Notes under the pieces: generated by a model | Told to the model about the DNA's origin: nothing | The model's database searches: none | Seen by the model: the letters and a program-made list of their open reading frames with translations, nothing else | Part shown: in pieces, positions 63,920 to 64,000 of the stretch | Numbering within the stretch: the stretch's first letter is position 1 | Layout: every line of letters begins with the position of its first letter | Program-made: the position numbers and the translations under genes | Assembly: GCF_963506605.1 (NCBI RefSeq) | Contig: NC_083276.1 | Location: forward strand, 83,390,001-83,454,000 | Direction of reading: 5' to 3' | DNA: 64,000 nt | Origin: Zootoca vivipara | Lineage: Eukaryota

Positions 63920-64000
63920 GGTAAAGGTAAAGGGACCCCTGACCATTAGGCCCAGTCGTGGACGACTCTGGGGTTGCAGCGCTCATCTCGCTTTACTGGC
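63920..64000 (-). mobile_element. Sauria SINE 3' end, cut by the window edge
   Basis: GGTAAAGGTAAAGGGACCCCTGACCATTAGG, as in the other copies. Confidence 0.85.

Overview
This is vertebrate genomic DNA, most likely a squamate (lizard), inferred from Sauria-type SINEs, Bov-B/RTE, L2 and CR1 LINEs and many hAT/Tc1 MITEs. It holds the conserved block FNTB(-, exon 1 only) <- RAB15(+, 7 coding exons, 212 aa) -> GPX2(+, 2 coding exons, 191 aa) -> <- CHURC1(-, 4 coding exons, 112 aa). Nearly all entries in the ORF track are spurious or transposon-derived; the real genes were rebuilt by hand from GT-AG exons. Highlights: (1) GPX2 is a selenoprotein with an in-frame UGA at 42372-42374 and a SECIS at 46126-46186 carrying the variant GUGA core. 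(2) A young hAT MITE with a perfect 55-bp stem lies in the GPX2 3'UTR between the stop codon and the SECIS. (3) Splice phases allow an in-frame CHURC1-FNTB read-through spanning GPX2 and RAB15. (4) RAB15 has a strong uORF and an in-frame upstream ATG. (5) A CpG-rich MITE with NRF1/ETS/E-box motifs sits between the divergent FNTB and RAB15 promoters. (6) CTCF-like motifs cluster between GPX2 and CHURC1. One assembly gap lies at 5052-5185. I found no wholly new gene system; novelty is limited to these regulatory and transposon configurations.
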